A stretch of 64,000 nucleotides of DNA, taken from Tubiluchus corallicola (lineage: Eukaryota > Animalia > Priapulida). The translations under genes and the position numbers were made by a program. The notes under the pieces were generated by a model. It had not been told where the DNA came from and did no database searches. It saw nothing but the letters and a program-made list of their open reading frames with translations. Location of the stretch: contig JAQGDQ010000190.1 in assembly GCA_030141605.1 (NCBI GenBank), positions 62,001 through 126,000 of the forward strand, read 5' to 3'. Position 1 is the stretch's first letter, and each line of letters opens with the position of its first letter. Shown piece after piece: positions 61,298 through 64,000 of this stretch.

Positions 61298-63606
61298 CTA
61301 TTGGGCATCCTTGATGAGGTGACTCACACTTCTACAACTCTGACTGACATTCTCAGCATCGTCATAAACTTCATCAGAAGACAATGAACCGTGCCCGGAG
61401 GAACATCCTGGAGAATCAGTGCTGTCATTTGTAATGGCTGGATGGTGGATATCTGATAAAGGTATTTTTACCTCCAAGTCGCAACGAGTACCAAAATTCT
61501 TTAGTAAATCCTTGAAAAAAGCAAAATATATAAAAACTGTTTCTCAATCTCAATACGCACGTAGGCAGTTAACAAAAAAACACAACTACTGAATGGGTAC
61601 AGTCATGTAGTTAAAGACTTATTTGCAATCATACCTAAGAAATAGTGCTTTAAAGCAACTTGTTTTGCAGTCCATTGTATTTCGACCCAAGTTGTTAGCA
61701 GCAACAGTGGTTTTAAAGCAGAAGGCTCCAAAAATGTTTATTTTTTCGCAAAGTGCACCAGTAAAAGTGTAATGCACTTTTGAAAACTATTGTTCCTTAA
61801 GCAGTACAGCTAGTTTATTTCAGTATTCCAGTTATGCGAATCTTTTTAAAATGCATGCAAATGTATGGTAGCATCATTGCAATAGGTTATATGGCCTTCA
61901 ATTATGATTGCATGTATACAGAATAAGCACATGATAGATTAACACCTAAAATCTCAAAGTGACCACACTACAATTTGCATGCAAATTTAATGTAATATAT
62001 TAGTCTCAGAAATATAGTCTCGAAAAGCTATATATTACTTATCTGTGTGAACATTACTCTCGCTTTGGGTACTCACAGTATCACATTCGTTATTGTTGCC
62101 CAGTTGATCGTTTGGCTCTGTGCTGTAATAAGCATCTTCGTCTTTCACGTTATAGTACAAAATGCGGCGTCTGAAGCTCTGCTTTCTATAAAAAATGATA
62201 ATGATATCTATGTCAACTTGTTTGTAAGCAGCATAAAGAGAAAAAGTAATAAGACTGTCACTTTGCTACAGACTAGTGAAAATTGTAAGATTATGAGTAA
62301 CAAATTGAAACCTGTTAGAAAACCTTGTAAGACAAGTAATCGAAAATGCGAAACTTATTAGAAAACAACCTAAAAAAGCAACATTTCAATGTTGCTTTAA
62401 TTTTATGTTCTGCAAGTTTCGTTTTTATTACCATTTCAGGAGTATGTTTGTGAATTAATTTAGGCACGATTCTCTCTTTTGTTACCCCATGATTAAAAGT
62501 GAAATACACAGCTGTCAACTTACGTTTTGCAATAATGGAAAAACGCAAAGATAAGTAAACCAGTCACAACAGCACCACAAGCAATTCCAATGAGCCACAT
62601 TAGATTACCCTCTGATTCTTCACAACTTGGACCAGAGTATCCTTTCTGACACCTAAAAGACAAAAACTGTTTACCCTATCATCGCATGTAAAGGAGAACA
62701 AGATAAATTGTTTTTCGAGCAGTATCTTTCAGATGTGCAGAATGATAATACAAAGGACCATTATTTATAACGACTCGAATCATGCAGAATACTGTTACAC
62801 AGTAAACTCCGCGTAAATCAGATGGCTAAGGCCAAAGAAACTGAAACCGACAGTCGGACAAATGATATTGCAGTCAGAATTTTCCACTTTGCCATTTTAT
62901 TAAAGGATGACTGGATGATTTTTTATAATACATCCAACTTTGAAGTACATTAAAACGTATAAATTTTAGCACCTATAATAATGCCAAAGTGTTTCCGATA
63001 ATTAAATAATAGATTAAAAATTTAATTAACGGTGTGCGAGCCCAACTAGTAATGACATCACAAACGAACAATTTTCAACAGCACAAACATTCAATGAGCG
63101 TGTTGCACGTGTTTGCAAAAGCGAAAATTGATAGTAGATTGTTATGTGTTGTAGTTAAAACTGAGTTCAGTTTTCCTTGGCAGAAAGTGAATTACTGGCA
63201 TGCAATTTCTCAGGAAATAAGACAATTTACACATGTCACCTTCATATATATTTATAATATTTATTGATTAGTTTTCGGATTGTTTTTCACCCAAATTGAC
63301 GTAACATCTGGGAAAGCTCGCATTCATTGTATTGACAATGTTTCTACGTGTCAAAGATGAACTGACCAAATACAATGTGTTTTCCATAAATTGTTCCCCT
63401 AAAATATAACGAATTTACTGATATACAGCTTTAAGCACGAAGACATATAAACAGATCTGTTCTCCGTATCTGTGTGAGATGAACGATATTTCGAATCATG
63501 CTGTCTACTTACAAGCAGATATGTCTTTTTGTATTTGGTTCTATGGTACAAACACCTTCATTGTGACACAGGATCCCATTGCATGTTGCATTTTTAGCTG
63601 CTGTAA
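61298..63606 (-). CDS. 3' end of a single-pass membrane protein with a juxtamembrane EGF domain; the gene continues beyond the window end
   Basis: Exons 63606-63513 (TCNGILCHNEGVCTIEPNTKRHICL), 62652-62524 (CQKGYSGPSCEE plus TM LMWLIGIACGAVVTGLLIFAFF), 62185-62077 (KQSFRRRILYYNVKDEDAYYSTEP), 61510-61298 (Ser/Asp-rich tail, TAG); phases consistent. Missed by the ORF track. Confidence 0.85.
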
Positions 63607-64000
63607 CTAAACAAAAAAGTTGTTTAAAACTGTATATAAAACAAACAGTACCTTAAAACAACAATGCAATCTTATATCATGAAGATAAATCTGCAGCTAA
63701 AACCCAAAATACTTTTGATAGCGAGCGACTCTTTCCTTATGGCGCATTAGGCCAGTGTCGCACGGAGCAGAACAATCCATAAGGTGTAAGCCGTTAGGAG
63801 AAAAAGCCGCCACATGTTGCAAGGCGCCTTATTGCGAAATGAATTTGGCTATTAAATTCATTTGTCATAAGCAGGGCCTATTTCAGCCTAAGCAAGGCCC
63901 GGGGAAGTGGGGGGTGTGAGGCCATGGTTGGCGCCCAGAAAATCTTTGAACTGCTAGAACGCCGGAGAAGCATTTTTGGAGAAAATATTGAGTTATACAG

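Noticed and set aside
62047-62361. 104-aa plus-strand ORF with a hydrophobic segment
   Set aside because: Antisense shadow of an exon of the minus-strand EGF-TM gene.

Overview
AT-rich, intron-rich metazoan genomic DNA, probably a protostome invertebrate; it is not prokaryotic. I reconstructed five protein-coding genes by hand from GT-AG exons. On the minus strand, in tandem, are Pygopus (54289-49186, 226 aa), WDR33/Pfs2 (46399-25971, about 722 aa) and the 5' part of a Mi-2/CHD3-4-5 remodeler (23628 to beyond position 1). COX5A lies on the plus strand (55945-60455), head-to-head with Pygopus and tail-to-tail with the 3' end of an EGF-plus-transmembrane gene (beyond 63606 to 61298, minus). Introns carry many non-autonomous DNA transposons (hAT, PIF/Harbinger, pogo/Tigger-type), LINE 3' relics, a 41-bp minisatellite and local tandem duplications. 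The best lead is in WDR33: exon 6 reads through a weak donor into its largest intron for 89 stop-free codons that include a predicted transmembrane helix. As I recall, this is the same junction where human WDR33 makes its membrane-bound short isoforms. Other leads are a candidate internal Pygopus first exon giving a PHD-only isoform, loss of the AAUAAA-stacking Phe in WDR33, a candidate C/D snoRNA in Mi-2, and a PIP-box relic in a pogo MITE. All comparisons to other species are from memory, not from searches.
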